In this document: positions 10,245-21,200 of the stretch, in pieces
Layout: each line of letters starts with the position of its first letter
How positions within the stretch are numbered: position 1 is the stretch's first letter
Assembly (NCBI GenBank): GCA_965660445.1
Contig: CBFIAK010000001.1
Coordinates: 160,001-224,000, forward strand
Reading direction: 5' to 3'
DNA length: 64,000 nucleotides
From: Patescibacteria group bacterium
Lineage (GTDB): Bacteria > Patescibacteriota > Gracilibacteria > UBA4473
Position numbers and translations under genes: made by a program
The notes under the pieces: model-generated
Told to the model about the DNA's origin: nothing
The model's input: only the letters and a program-made list of their open reading frames with translations
Databases searched by the model: none

Positions 10245-11114
10245 TTATTGTTTTTTATAAAATATTTGATCTGGGATACGCAAATCGATGTATTCAAAAC
10301 TATCAGAATACAAGCCTATACGCTCATCAGCTAGTTTGAGTTTTTGTATTTGTGGTAAAACATCTTGAGAAACATCTATCCAGAGGGCTATGTTTGATTC
10401 TGTAATAAAATGAACTTCTCTTGATATCAGAAAATAAATGATACTTTGAATCGGCAGATTCAGCTCTTGTTGTAAAAACTCTTGCACTAAGAAAAAGGAT
10501 TCAAGCACTGATTGTTCTATAAAGGGCTCTCCTATACGTATAGGTTTGGTGTATTGACGTATCGCAATAGTGGGGAGTGATTCATCGGCTCCCATTTGTA
10601 AAATAATACCGTCTTCAGAAACAACCCAAAAATTAGCTGTTTCTTCATTAAATATATTTACAAACGGAGGGGACATAACCATTTGTATTTCTAATTCAGA
10701 AGGCCATTTTTCTTTGATAGTGACGGTTCGCAATTCGGAAAACTCGCTTAAAAGGAGAGATTCTAGTTCTCTTGATTGAAATAAGAGCATATTCGTACCA
10801 TAATACGGCTCAACAATCGTTTCCATTTTTTCGATATTGAGTGATGGGTTATCTCGTGTAAACGATATTTTCTGTATATCAAAATAAGGAGAAAAAAACG
10901 AAAAAGCGATAAAAGAGACCATAAAAACGATAATTATCGTTTTTAAAACAGAGAACTGAAATATCTGAGGAATATTTTTTAAAAACCGAAACTGCAAAAG
11001 AAAAGCAAAAAATCGACTTTTAAATTTTCGATTCGACGATCGAATTGATTGATTAGTATCAATAAGAAAGCTTCGTCGTCGGTGCCGTGTTTTTTTACGA
11101 GAAAACCAAGACAT
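10245..11114 (-). CDS. ftsQ: Cell division protein FtsQ/DivIB-like
   Basis: Basic N-tail, single TM, POTRA-like segment (KEKWPSELEI), C-terminal YIDLR motif. Confidence 0.75.
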   Translation of the reverse strand: MSWFSRKKTRHRRRSFLIDTNQSIRSSNRKFKSRFFAFLLQFRFLKNIPQIFQFSVLKTIIIVFMVSFIAFSFFSPYFDIQKISFTRDNPSLNIEKMETIVEPYYGTNMLLFQSRELESLLLSEFSELRTVTIKEKWPSELEIQMVMSPPFVNIFNEETANFWVVSEDGIILQMGADESLPTIAIRQYTKPIRIGEPFIEQSVLESFFLVQEFLQQELNLPIQSIIYFLISREVHFITESNIALWIDVSQDVLPQIQKLKLADERIGLYSDSFEYIDLRIPDQIFYKKQ

Positions 11115-11128
11115 AAGAAAAAGAGAAT

Positions 11129-11668
11129 TTAGACAGAGAGTATATCAGTTTCTTTCTTTTTCGTAACTTCTTCTATTTTCTTATTATATTGATCTATTTT
11201 TTCTTGAACTTTTTTTTCTTGTGCAATGTAATCATCTTCTGAAATTTCTTTTTCATCTTTTTGATGTTTCAGTTTTTTCAAAACATCATGTCGCACATTT
11301 CGAACTGCTATTTTTGATTCTTCTGATATTTCTTTCACTTTTTTTGTAATTTGTTGTCTTCGTTCACCGGTAAGAGGAGGAACTGGCAAAAACACAGAGT
11401 CTCCCATATTTTGTGGATTTATACCAATATTTGCATCACGAATAGCTTTTTCGATAGTTCCAACCAATGATTTGTCCCACGGTTCGATACGAACTGTTTG
11501 AGGATCAGGACAAGAAACACTCGCTACTGATTTTATCGGTTGAGTTGATCCATAGGCAGTAACGTGGATATGTTCAACAAGAGCTGGATTTGCTCTTCCT
11601 ATACTAATAGAAGAAAATTCTTGTTGAAGGTGATGTATAATTTTATCAAGAGATTCGATGATTTCCAT
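11129..11668 (-). CDS. frr: Ribosome recycling factor
   Basis: GRANPALV, IEPWDKS, PPLTGERR, AVRNVR. Confidence 0.96.
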   Translation of the reverse strand: MEIIESLDKIIHHLQQEFSSISIGRANPALVEHIHVTAYGSTQPIKSVASVSCPDPQTVRIEPWDKSLVGTIEKAIRDANIGINPQNMGDSVFLPVPPLTGERRQQITKKVKEISEESKIAVRNVRHDVLKKLKHQKDEKEISEDDYIAQEKKVQEKIDQYNKKIEEVTKKKETDILSV

Positions 11669-11725
11669 GGGATATAAAAGTTAAAAACCGTACTCACAAT
11701 ACATCAAAAAAACCAAAAAAGAAAC

Positions 11726-12490
11726 TCAAATAATTTTCTTCGCGAGTTTCCAATAGTCTTGAAAAAGTGTTTTAAAAAGATCAGTAATAACTCGTCCTTG
11801 AAACACAAACCCCACTGGAAGATCTTTATCAAAAGTCATAACAGCTACTTTATCGCCATAGATACGGACTTCTCCATTTAAAGACGGAGCTTGGCTGATA
11901 GCCACTTCTCTTAACTTTTGTTCGTCATCACGAATCATCGATTCATTATAATTGTGGGGACAAATAACCACCATTTTTATACCTTTTTCGATACGATTTT
12001 GAATAAACTCGTCCATAAAAGGACCGAGTGAAAAATATGTATTTGAAAGATCTGTCCATGCATAAATAGTTTCTCCTGTTTGGAGTATGTCATCATAAAT
12101 AGAGCGGATACCATCGATTCCTTCATAATAGAGCACTCCGGGTTTCCAGATACTTTCTTGAATAAGAGTGAAGAAATCTTGAATATCGGTATTGGTTTGT
12201 TCATACAAATGGGCATATTTTTCTTCTTGGTGATCCACCCATTGCAAGAACGATTGTTCATCACAAATTTCAAAAACATCGTTCGAGAAACTCATAACAA
12301 GATTTCGAAACTTCAAATTCTCAAGAGCAAACCGAGTGGAATTATAAGCGAGGGCGGTATGTCGACTAATGGTTTTAATAGACGATTTCTTTTTGTGAAA
12401 CAAAAAATTAAGCACTTTGATTTCGTTATCAGAAAACCCAAGGTTTCGTAATACTTTTCGAATCTGAATATCGGAATAATGAGGACTCAT
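11726..12490 (-). CDS. TrmB-family transcriptional regulator (copy 2)
   Basis: LGFSDNEIKV wHTH, KPGVLYYEGIDGI linker, IYGDKVA C-domain. Likely start ATG 12490. Confidence 0.8.
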   Translation of the reverse strand: MSPHYSDIQIRKVLRNLGFSDNEIKVLNFLFHKKKSSIKTISRHTALAYNSTRFALENLKFRNLVMSFSNDVFEICDEQSFLQWVDHQEEKYAHLYEQTNTDIQDFFTLIQESIWKPGVLYYEGIDGIRSIYDDILQTGETIYAWTDLSNTYFSLGPFMDEFIQNRIEKGIKMVVICPHNYNESMIRDDEQKLREVAISQAPSLNGEVRIYGDKVAVMTFDKDLPVGFVFQGRVITDLFKTLFQDYWKLAKKII

Positions 12491-12498
12491 AAAAAAAA

Positions 12499-13242
12499 TT
12501 AGTGCCAAAAACTACGAAAAACCGCATGAAACAATTCACACATCCAATCACCTTCGAAAACAAATCCAATAGGAGGATTCGATCCTAGTTGTATCAGCGC
12601 CACTTTGTTACCATACATACAAATTTCACCTTGTATATCGAGTTTATTATTCGCTTGAATTGATTGTTGGGTTGATATATTAGATTTTTCATCTTCATTA
12701 TGAGCATTGATAGTATATAAATCGATACCTTGATCAATTCGTCTTTTATGGAAAGAATCCATATAGGACACACCGAGCACTTCATAAACAATATGAAGAT
12801 TTGTCCAACAATAGATGGGTTCTTGAGATTGAAGCATATCTTCATAAATATCCTGTATACCTTGAACTCCTTCATAATAAAGCAGGTCTGGTTTCCATGA
12901 AGATTGATCAATAGATGAAAAAAATCGAGAAAGTGTTGATTTTGCTTGTTCGTATTTTTGTTGGTGCTCTTTTTTCATTTCCAAAAGCCATTTTTGAAAA
13001 TGTTGCGACGAGATAGCTTGATAATGTTCTTCTTCTTGAGGGATAACAACAACAAGTCCTCTTCCTATTAAACTCGAAAGGGCATATTGAGTTGAAGTAA
13101 ACCCGAGTAATATATTTTGACTAATAGATCTGGTGGTTGCTTTTTTTTGTCGAAACAAAAACAAAAGTACTTTAATTTCATTATCAGAAAACCCAATAGA
13201 TTTCAAAGACTGACGAATCTTAAGGGTTGAATATTGAGACAT
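12499..13242 (-). CDS. TrmB-family transcriptional regulator (copy 1)
   Basis: IGFSDNEIKV, KPDLLYYEGVQGI, MYGNKVA; clear paralog of the downstream gene. Confidence 0.8.
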   Translation of the reverse strand: MSQYSTLKIRQSLKSIGFSDNEIKVLLFLFRQKKATTRSISQNILLGFTSTQYALSSLIGRGLVVVIPQEEEHYQAISSQHFQKWLLEMKKEHQQKYEQAKSTLSRFFSSIDQSSWKPDLLYYEGVQGIQDIYEDMLQSQEPIYCWTNLHIVYEVLGVSYMDSFHKRRIDQGIDLYTINAHNEDEKSNISTQQSIQANNKLDIQGEICMYGNKVALIQLGSNPPIGFVFEGDWMCELFHAVFRSFWH

Positions 13243-13328
13243 AGGTATAAAATTGAATAGAAAAACCTCCCATAAAATGAGGATTCTACAACGAAAAGAT
13301 ACAAGAAAAATATCAAAAAAGCAAGCTC

Positions 13329-13943
13329 TTACTGATTATTTTCGTATTCAGCAATAATTTTTTCGGCTTCGTTAATAAGATTCAGGTACATATCATGGTA
13401 CACAAAGCAAATAGTATGATAGTTTTCGATCATAAGGGGAATATATTGATTTTTAAGTTCTGATATCCATTGTTTTTGTTTTTCCGTATTCAGTCCATTG
13501 ATTGTTTGGGCATTGTGAAGCAAATCACCCATTTTAAGAAAAAAGACGGTTACATCCATATTCATAGCTTCCTTAAATTGGTTACAGTATTCTGTTTGGA
13601 TTTCATCGGGGTGTAAAAACGAGTTTTTTGTAACCGCTTGAACAAGAAAAAAAACATCTTCACCAAACTCACGGAGTATTTGTTCTTCAAGAAGTGGGCG
13701 CTGAGGAATATCACAATCTTCGAGCACATCATGCAGTAAAGCGGCACACAATATATTTTCATCACCGCCTATACGAAAGAGGATATTGGCAACTGACAAG
13801 GGATGCGTGATATAGGGTTCCCCTGATTTTCGTGTTTGATTTTTATGCACCTGAAATGCGATATGATACGCTTTTTCTAAAAGATCGATATCGAACCGAT
13901 CATTTTGAGAAATAATAGTGTTTTTTAGTGTATCAAAATCCAT
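13329..13943 (-). CDS. Standalone HD-domain (p)ppGpp hydrolase-like protein (small alarmone hydrolase)
   Basis: RKSGEPYITHP, ALLHDVLED, KMGDLLHN; no synthetase domain. Confidence 0.85.
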   Translation of the reverse strand: MDFDTLKNTIISQNDRFDIDLLEKAYHIAFQVHKNQTRKSGEPYITHPLSVANILFRIGGDENILCAALLHDVLEDCDIPQRPLLEEQILREFGEDVFFLVQAVTKNSFLHPDEIQTEYCNQFKEAMNMDVTVFFLKMGDLLHNAQTINGLNTEKQKQWISELKNQYIPLMIENYHTICFVYHDMYLNLINEAEKIIAEYENNQ

Positions 13944-14030
13944 CTCTGATTCAGAAAAAGAGTGATAGTTCTCATGGTATGAACGATTTTCAAAATTGTC
14001 AAAAAAATAGACATTTTCTCAAAAAAAAGC

Positions 14031-16073
14031 ATGATAGAAACGATGGAACATACACATATAAAAAAACCATCTCCTCATCCCGACATTCTTATACAGACTA
14101 TTATCGAAAGAGTTCGAGGGTATTATCCGTCGTTTCAAAAATCAGATCAATTATTGATAGAAAAGGCGTATGCCTTTGCAAAAGACGCACACGAAGGACA
14201 AGTAAGGGCATCGGGGTCCCCATACATAATGCATTCATTACGTGCAACGGAGATTCTTTTGTCTATTAAACCAGATTTAGAGACTATTTGTGGATGTATT
14301 TTACACGATGTTATTGGGGACACACAAAAAACAGCTGATGATATTGAGGCAGTTTTTGGGGGCGAGATTCGGTTTTTATGTGAAGGCGTAGAACGTATTA
14401 CACAAGTACGTATTACACAAAAAGAGAATCAATCTGAATACGAAAAATTCCAACAATTGTTTGTGGCTTTGGCGGACGATATTCGTATTATTTTTATTAA
14501 ATTAGCGGATAGAATTCATAACTTAAAAACGCTTCATTTCTTACCACGTGAAAAATGGAACCGTATTTTACATGAATCACAGGAAGTGTATTCCCCAGTA
14601 GCGGATAGACTTCGTTTATTTGAGTTTAAAACTTTAATCGAAAATTACTGCATTGAAATTCTACATCCAGAAATAAGTGCGAAGATAAAACAAGAAATTC
14701 ACGAGATAAAAGAGAGCAAACACAAATTCTTTGAAAAAGCAGAGCGAGAGATTCGACAAGTACTGGTTGATTACGAGATTGAGTGGAAAACTATTATGAG
14801 TCGAGAGAAGAGTCTGGAATCTATTTATAAAAAGTTTAAAACCAAGAATATAAACTCTGTGCATGAATTAAGTGATATTTTTGGATTACGTATTATTGTC
14901 ACAACAAAAGAAGAGTGTTATCACACATTAGGGGTACTTCATTCTGAGTTCCAGCCAATTCCAAAACGATTCAAAGACTATATTGCTGTTCCAAAACCAA
15001 ACGGATATCAGAGTTTACACACAACGTTATTGGGTGTTGCGGGAAACCATTTTCCAATCGAGGTGCAGATACGAACTGAAACAATGCACAATGACTGCGA
15101 ATATGGTCCGGCGGCTCATTGGGCTTACAAAAAGCTCAAAAGTTCATCGTTTGATAATGAATACTTAGAAAAAACACGATGGATTTCAGAAGAAGTTGAA
15201 CAAGAGAGGGCTCATGATCCAAAAAAGTTTTTTGAGGCTATTTCAAAGCGAGTACTACAAGAACAGATCTATGTATTTACTCGAAAAGGAGACATAAAAA
15301 TTTTACCACACGATGCCACTCCAATTGATTTTGCATACAGCATTCACACTGATATTGGTGATAGTTGTGTTGGAGCGAAAATAAACAACCATATTCGTCC
15401 ACTCGATTACCGACTTAAGTCGGGTGACATTATTGAGATTTTAACAAAAAAAGGACGAACTCCAAACCCTGAGTGGTTAGAGTTTGTGCAAACTTCAAAA
15501 GCAAAAAACAAAATAAAAGCTTTTGTAAACATGCAGAAAAAGGAAGAGAAAAAAGATTTGGTTGGAGTACAAAAAACAAGAGAGCGAGAACGAGAACGAA
15601 AACAATTTTTTGCAAACAGTCTAGAACCTTTAGATAATCGAGAATACTCATTGATTATTGATGGTGAGCAGAACATTTCATACAGAATTGCAAAATGCTG
15701 TCAGGCTGGTCCTAAAAAATCTATTATTGCGTATCATTCACGAGGACTTGGAAGTGTTATTCATGAATCTGGATGTGATGAAATTGAACGACTTGATTCA
15801 AAGAGACTGGTTGAGGCATATTTTGTAATACAAAAAAAGATAGAAGTTCTTGCAAAAGATCGATTTCAAATAACAAACCGAATTTCTCAATACATTACAA
15901 ATCGCAACATTTCGATTTGGGAAACAAAGATAAAACACATACAACAAAACATAATCCGGCTCCGGTTTACACTTCATGTAATGAACGATTTTGAGTTTGC
16001 AGCTTTGATAAAAGATTTATCGAGTATTGAAACCATTTTATCAATACGAGAACAAAAGATACGAAAACGCTAG
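14031..16073 (+). CDS. rel: Long RelA/SpoT homolog (HD-SYNTH-TGS-ZFD-ACT)
   Basis: KLADRIHN, RFKDYIAVPKPNGYQSLHT, EVQIRT, TPIDFAY (TGS), AKCC. True start may be 14043. Confidence 0.93.
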   Translation: MIETMEHTHIKKPSPHPDILIQTIIERVRGYYPSFQKSDQLLIEKAYAFAKDAHEGQVRASGSPYIMHSLRATEILLSIKPDLETICGCILHDVIGDTQKTADDIEAVFGGEIRFLCEGVERITQVRITQKENQSEYEKFQQLFVALADDIRIIFIKLADRIHNLKTLHFLPREKWNRILHESQEVYSPVADRLRLFEFKTLIENYCIEILHPEISAKIKQEIHEIKESKHKFFEKAEREIRQVLVDYEIEWKTIMSREKSLESIYKKFKTKNINSVHELSDIFGLRIIVTTKEECYHTLGVLHSEFQPIPKRFKDYIAVPKPNGYQSLHTTLLGVAGNHFPIEVQIRTETMHNDCEYGPAAHWAYKKLKSSSFDNEYLEKTRWISEEVEQERAHDPKKFFEAISKRVLQEQIYVFTRKGDIKILPHDATPIDFAYSIHTDIGDSCVGAKINNHIRPLDYRLKSGDIIEILTKKGRTPNPEWLEFVQTSKAKNKIKAFVNMQKKEEKKDLVGVQKTRERERERKQFFANSLEPLDNREYSLIIDGEQNISYRIAKCCQAGPKKSIIAYHSRGLGSVIHESGCDEIERLDSKRLVEAYFVIQKKIEVLAKDRFQITNRISQYITNRNISIWETKIKHIQQNIIRLRFTLHVMNDFEFAALIKDLSSIETILSIREQKIRKR

Positions 16074-16077
16074 ACGA

Positions 16078-16105
16078 TTGACAAAACCTATATTTTTATT
16101 ACTAT
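16078..16105 (+). promoter_or_regulatory. tmRNA promoter
   Basis: TTGACA-16 bp-TACTAT. Confidence 0.65.
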
Positions 16106-16140
16106 AAAGAACACAGTAGAGTATTGTTCTTTTTTATTAC

Positions 16141-16558
16141 GGGGGTGCTCGGCTTTGACAGAGAGACTCGAAATGTATTTCTTGCGTGCTCGGCGTGGTG
16201 CATTCGCCGGTAGATCCACTGCACAAACATAAATGCAAACTCTTTATTTGCGAAGGCTCGTAATGCTGTTGCGTCTCTTTTGAGTCCAGCTCCAGCATAC
16301 GCGGTTGCCTAAATACAAACCTTACTTGAACCTATTTGTTCGTAAGTGAATAATACTGATTGATTCGGTTGGTATTATTCAAACCTTAGAATCTCACTTT
16401 TTTTTACTTTGTCAGAAAAGAAAGGACATTTTTGACAGCCATTTTTTATATTTTTGTCTTATTTTATAAGTAAAAAATGGTATTAAATAAGACTACGCAT
16501 CGTAGACGGGAATAGGTTTCCTCTTTGGACGCGAGTTCAACTCTCGCCACCTCCACCA
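16141..16558 (+). ncRNA. ssrA: tmRNA
   Basis: 5' GGGGGTG pairs with 3' CACCTCC-A-CCA, including a G3:U wobble (Ala identity). T-arm GCGAGTTCAACTCTCGC. Tag ORF 16235-16312 encodes ANSLFAKARNAVASLLSPAPAYAVA*. Confidence 0.93.
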
Positions 16559-16661
16559 AACTCCACTTTTATATACATAACAACCTCGGAAGAGAAAATA
16601 AAACCAAGACTTTCTAGAAACCAAAGTTTGGCTTTTTAAGTATGGATTTGAGAAAAAAACC

Positions 16662-16986
16662 CGAGACCTGTCTCCACTTTATGTAAGTATAGATTGAAAA
16701 ATATATTTTTAAAACAGAAAACCGCATATTTAAGCCAAAAGTTGGAGACCGGTCTCCAACTTTCCGCATAAGAAAGGGAAAAAGAGTTTTTATTTTGAGC
16801 TGTTTTTCGAAAGGTTGTTTGTTTTTTTATGGGGTGCTTCAAAAAGTCCTCTTTTTTAAAACAGAGAAATCGCATAAATAAACCGCAAACAGGAGACCGG
16901 TCTCCTGTTTGTGCAGATATAGATTGAAATGTGTTTTTTGAAAACAAAAAACCGCATTTTTAAGCCAAAATTTGGAGACCGGTCTC
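16662..16986. repeat. REP-like cluster: two doublets of GAGACC(G/T)GTCTC palindromes
   Basis: Palindrome centres at 16668/9, 16750/1, 16898/9 and 16980/1. Each doublet is 82 bp apart with a similar linker (tatagattgaaa...accgcat.tttaagccaaaa). Confidence 0.9.
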
Positions 16987-17051
16987 TGAAAATGAAAGAT
17001 TTTTTATCTATTGCTTGAAGGGAAATTGTTTTTTGCTAGAGTAACAACGTA

Positions 17052-18293
17052 ATGCATCTTTTTTCTTCTATTCGGTTGTTGAGCATAGTATTCTGTTTTT
17101 TGGGAATGGTTCCCTTTTCGCTTGCGGCAACAGTTGATAAAACTATTGGTTTATCATTTAAACACAAAACCGTTTACATTTCTCCACAAATAAATACCGA
17201 TGTTTTTACATGGACCCCTATTGCGAATACACAGTTACAAAAAAATACTATTGCTATTGCGCATAGCACAATAAAAACTCCCTTCCAGATACTCAATTGG
17301 TCTTTTCAATCACAAAAAGAAGACTCTATGATTGCGTTCACCCATACTAATGCGCTCCAATCGTTTTTAAAACGATCCTCACTGATTGATGAATCCGAAA
17401 AACAAGATCCAGTACGTATTTATACAAAATCAGATGGAACCGTTGCTGTTGAAGGGACTCCTTATGAAGGGTTCTTAGTGGATCTTCCAAAGCTTGTACA
17501 CCGTATAAACATGGCCATGATGCAGGAAGTAAGCCATGTAGAAGTACCCTATCGACATTATTTTTCGCGTCCAATTGTGGAAAAAGAAATACAAGAAAAA
17601 CACGGTATATATGAAATTATCGCTATTGGAAAATCTGATTTTTCTGGATCATCAGAAAAACGAATTCAAAACATAACACGAGCTGCTGAAAAAATAAAAG
17701 GCACTTTTATTCCTCACAACAAAACGTTCTCATTTAATAAGACCATTCAATCCATAACAAAAGCTGATGGGTTTGCAGAAGAAAATGTCATTAAAGGAAA
17801 TACGACCGTCAAAGAAGTCGGAGGAGGGGTATGCGAAGTCTCTACCGCAGTTTTTCGATCTGCATTCTTTGGTGGATTACCTATTCCCGAACGATCAAAT
17901 CATTCGTTAGCACTTGAAAGCTATCTCCCCCATGGAATAGATGCCGCTATCTATTTAGGAGTTAAGGATTTACAGTTTCAGAACGATACACCCGGTGATA
18001 TCCTACTCGATACATTTGTTGATGATGATGAAATTCATGTCGTACTGTATGGAAAAAAAGACGGACGAATCGTGCACACTGAAGGACCATTTGTAAGCCA
18101 TGTTCGAAACCCACAAGCATATCTCATAACGAATGAAACTGATTTACCACAACGAGGATTTCATACACAATGGATACGTCGTATTGCAAAAGATAACGAA
18201 TCTCATGAAGAGTTCTTTACATCAATTTATAGACCTTGGGTTCAAGAAACAGTTGTCGCCCCACAAGAAACACAAATACTTACCGATTCTTAA
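17052..18293 (+). CDS. VanW-domain secreted protein
   Basis: Signal peptide; FSFNKT, VGGGVCEVSTAVF, ERSNHS, DLQFQNDT. Confidence 0.88.
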   Translation: MHLFSSIRLLSIVFCFLGMVPFSLAATVDKTIGLSFKHKTVYISPQINTDVFTWTPIANTQLQKNTIAIAHSTIKTPFQILNWSFQSQKEDSMIAFTHTNALQSFLKRSSLIDESEKQDPVRIYTKSDGTVAVEGTPYEGFLVDLPKLVHRINMAMMQEVSHVEVPYRHYFSRPIVEKEIQEKHGIYEIIAIGKSDFSGSSEKRIQNITRAAEKIKGTFIPHNKTFSFNKTIQSITKADGFAEENVIKGNTTVKEVGGGVCEVSTAVFRSAFFGGLPIPERSNHSLALESYLPHGIDAAIYLGVKDLQFQNDTPGDILLDTFVDDDEIHVVLYGKKDGRIVHTEGPFVSHVRNPQAYLITNETDLPQRGFHTQWIRRIAKDNESHEEFFTSIYRPWVQETVVAPQETQILTDS

Positions 18294-21200
18294 GCTTCTA
18301 ACTCTTCTTGTTTTTGCTGAAGCAGTACTTGCGCTTCTTCTAGCTCATTTTGTGTTGCCTCAACAAGATGTGGGGGGGCTTTTTCAGTGTAACTTGGATT
18401 CGCTAATCGTGTCTGTAAAGCCTTGATTTTTTGAAGAAGTACATCACATTCTTTCTGTAAAAGTGCCGTATCTTTTGGAATATCAAGATAGAATATATCA
18501 TTCACACAAACGATTGGTTGTACATTTTGAGACAAATGAAATTGTGACTGTATGTCTTGAATAGAAACAAGTGCTAATGATTCAATAAATGGTTTTACTA
18601 ACTGCGCTTTTGATATATCGTTCGTTTGAAAATAAACATTAAGCTTTGCTTTTGGGTTTACTTTTGCATCACTCTTTTGTTTTCGAATACGCGTAACAAC
18701 ATCTTGTATATACACAAATAATTCTGATGATTGAGTATGCTGAATATCAAAGGAAGCATAATCAAAATCCATAAGCATCATATCCTCACCCCACAAAGAC
18801 TGAAACACTGACTGAGTAACAAACGGACATAAAGGATGAATAAGAATTAATACTTCTGAAAAGACCCAACGAAGAAACAAAGGGTTTGAATCTTGTTTAG
18901 AAGCTTCAATATACCAATCACAAAACTGATCCCATACAAAATGATACATGATATCTCCCGCACGTGATATTTGGTATTCATCAAGGGCCGTTTGTACATC
19001 TTGTGCCACAAGAGCCAACTGATGCAAAATCCATTGATCCGCTAAATTCTTTGGTTCAGGTGGAGTTTCGCGAAGGTTTTTGAAAGAAATATCAGTTCCT
19101 AATTGTGTTTGCATTTGAACAAACCGACCAGCGTTCCATATCTTATTCACAAAATTCCGATATCCTTCTATTTTTGATTGCCCAAGTGCCATATTATTTC
19201 CCGCAGAAGTACCAATAACAAGAGATAACCGAACCGTATCAGCTCCATATCGATCGATTAAATCAAGAGGATCAATACCATTGCCTTTTGATTTCGACAT
19301 CTTTTGTCCTTTTTCATCAGTTACCATTCCATGTAAATAAATATGAGAAAACGGATATCGACCCGTTGCATATTTTCCAAACATAATCATTCTTGCCACC
19401 CAGAAAAAAAGAATATCATGTCCTGTTTCCATAAGCTGATTTGGATAAAATGTTTGAAAATCAGGATGAGAAGTATCAGGCCAACCAAGAGTTGAAAACG
19501 GCCACAAAGCAGAAGAAAACCATGTATCAAGTGTGTCTTCATCTTGAAAAATCGGTACCTCGGTAATTGGAGGCTGAAACACTGATATTGATTTCCATAC
19601 ACCATGAAGCGTTTTTTCATTTTTTGTTCGAGCTCGAATAAGATTTTGTGTGTCTTTTTTTCCTTTTCGAATATTTTCAAGCGCTGAAAATATTGACCGA
19701 TGCCCAATAATCAAAATATCTCCTTTTGAGTGACGTGTTTTTAGACTATTCCATGCTTTTTCAACACGTTCATAAACAACAGATGGATCTTCACCCGTCC
19801 CTTCTGCAAGAGCATGTTCTATAGCTGTTCCCGATGCATAATATTTACCTGTTATACTTCCAAAATCAATAGCTCGAAGATCATCACAAATTTCTATCTC
19901 AACCCCAAGAGATTGAGCCACAATTTCTGCAGTTTGCACCGCTCGACGAGAACTACTGGTAATAATATGGGTTACCGTATATTTATTTTTTAATTCCGCT
20001 GATAATTCATGAGCTTGAGCAATGCCAACATCAGAAAGCTCATCGTTTTGACCTTGTACTAAATGCTCTACATTTGCATTCGTCTCTCCATGCCGAGCAA
20101 GAATAAATTTCTGCTCATGTGGCATATAAGTATTTCCATTATTATCATACCATACTGGAATACGGTGTCCCCACCATATTTGTCGACTAATACACCAATC
20201 TCGAAGGTTTTCTATCCACTGATAATATGTTTTTTCAAACCGTTTTGGAATAACCTGTATATGACTATCCTTTACCGCATCAAGAGTGAGTTTTTTGAGT
20301 GTGGTTTTTCCAACACCTTCCACAAAAAATTCATTGTTAACGGCAATAAACCATTGCTTTGAAAGCATTGGTTCTATTACTGTTCCTGACCGATAACAAT
20401 GACCAACACTATGTGTGTATGGCTTTTTTTCAATCAAAAACTGGCTATCTTGTGTTATTTTTTTTCGACAATCTTCGCGTGATAACCCTTGAAATTCTTC
20501 AGGAACATATTCTGATGCCATCATATTTCCCTGAAAATCAATCACTTGAATTTGAGGTAAATCATGACGTTCTCCAATCTCAAAATCGTTTGGATCATGT
20601 GCTGGAGTAACCTTTAATGTTGCTGTCCCAAAATTCATATCTACATATTCATCACAAATAATAGGAATTTCACGAAGCGAAAACGGAGTTTTCACTGTTT
20701 TTCCTTTTAAACGTGCCGCTCTTTTGTCATCGGGATGAATAGCAATTGCAACATCTCCAAACAAAGTTTCAGGGCGAGTTGTTGCAACATGAAGCGTTTC
20801 CGATCCATCACTTAATTCATATGCAAATGTGTAGAGAAACCCTTCTTTTTCTTTATACTCTACTTCATCATCTGCTAACACTGATTGTGCTCCAATTGAC
20901 CAGTTTACCATTCGATACCCACGAACAATAAGCCCGTCTTTCCAGAGCATTTGAAACATTTTCTGAACAGCAAACTCACGTTCTTCATCAAGAGTATACG
21001 CTTCACGACTCCAATCCAACCATGACCCCATTTTTTTCGTCTGATTGATAATGGTGTCGTGTTTTTCTTGAGAAAAAGAACGACAAGCTTCAAGAAATGC
21101 TTCTCTTTCTAATGTGTCTCTCTTTTGAACACCTAAATGTTTTAAAACAACATTTTCAGTCGCAATAGCAGCATGATCGGTTCCGGGAACCCAGAGAACT

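Noticed and set aside
16745-16756. Back-to-back BsaI sites (GAGACC-GGTCTC) as a cloning or synthetic scar
   Set aside because: Twelve copies with natural variants sit in diverged intergenic repeat families next to a RAYT.
16559-17051. Prophage or island integrated at tmRNA or tRNA-Tyr
   Set aside because: No integrase and no duplicated 3'-end att sequence seen in the window.
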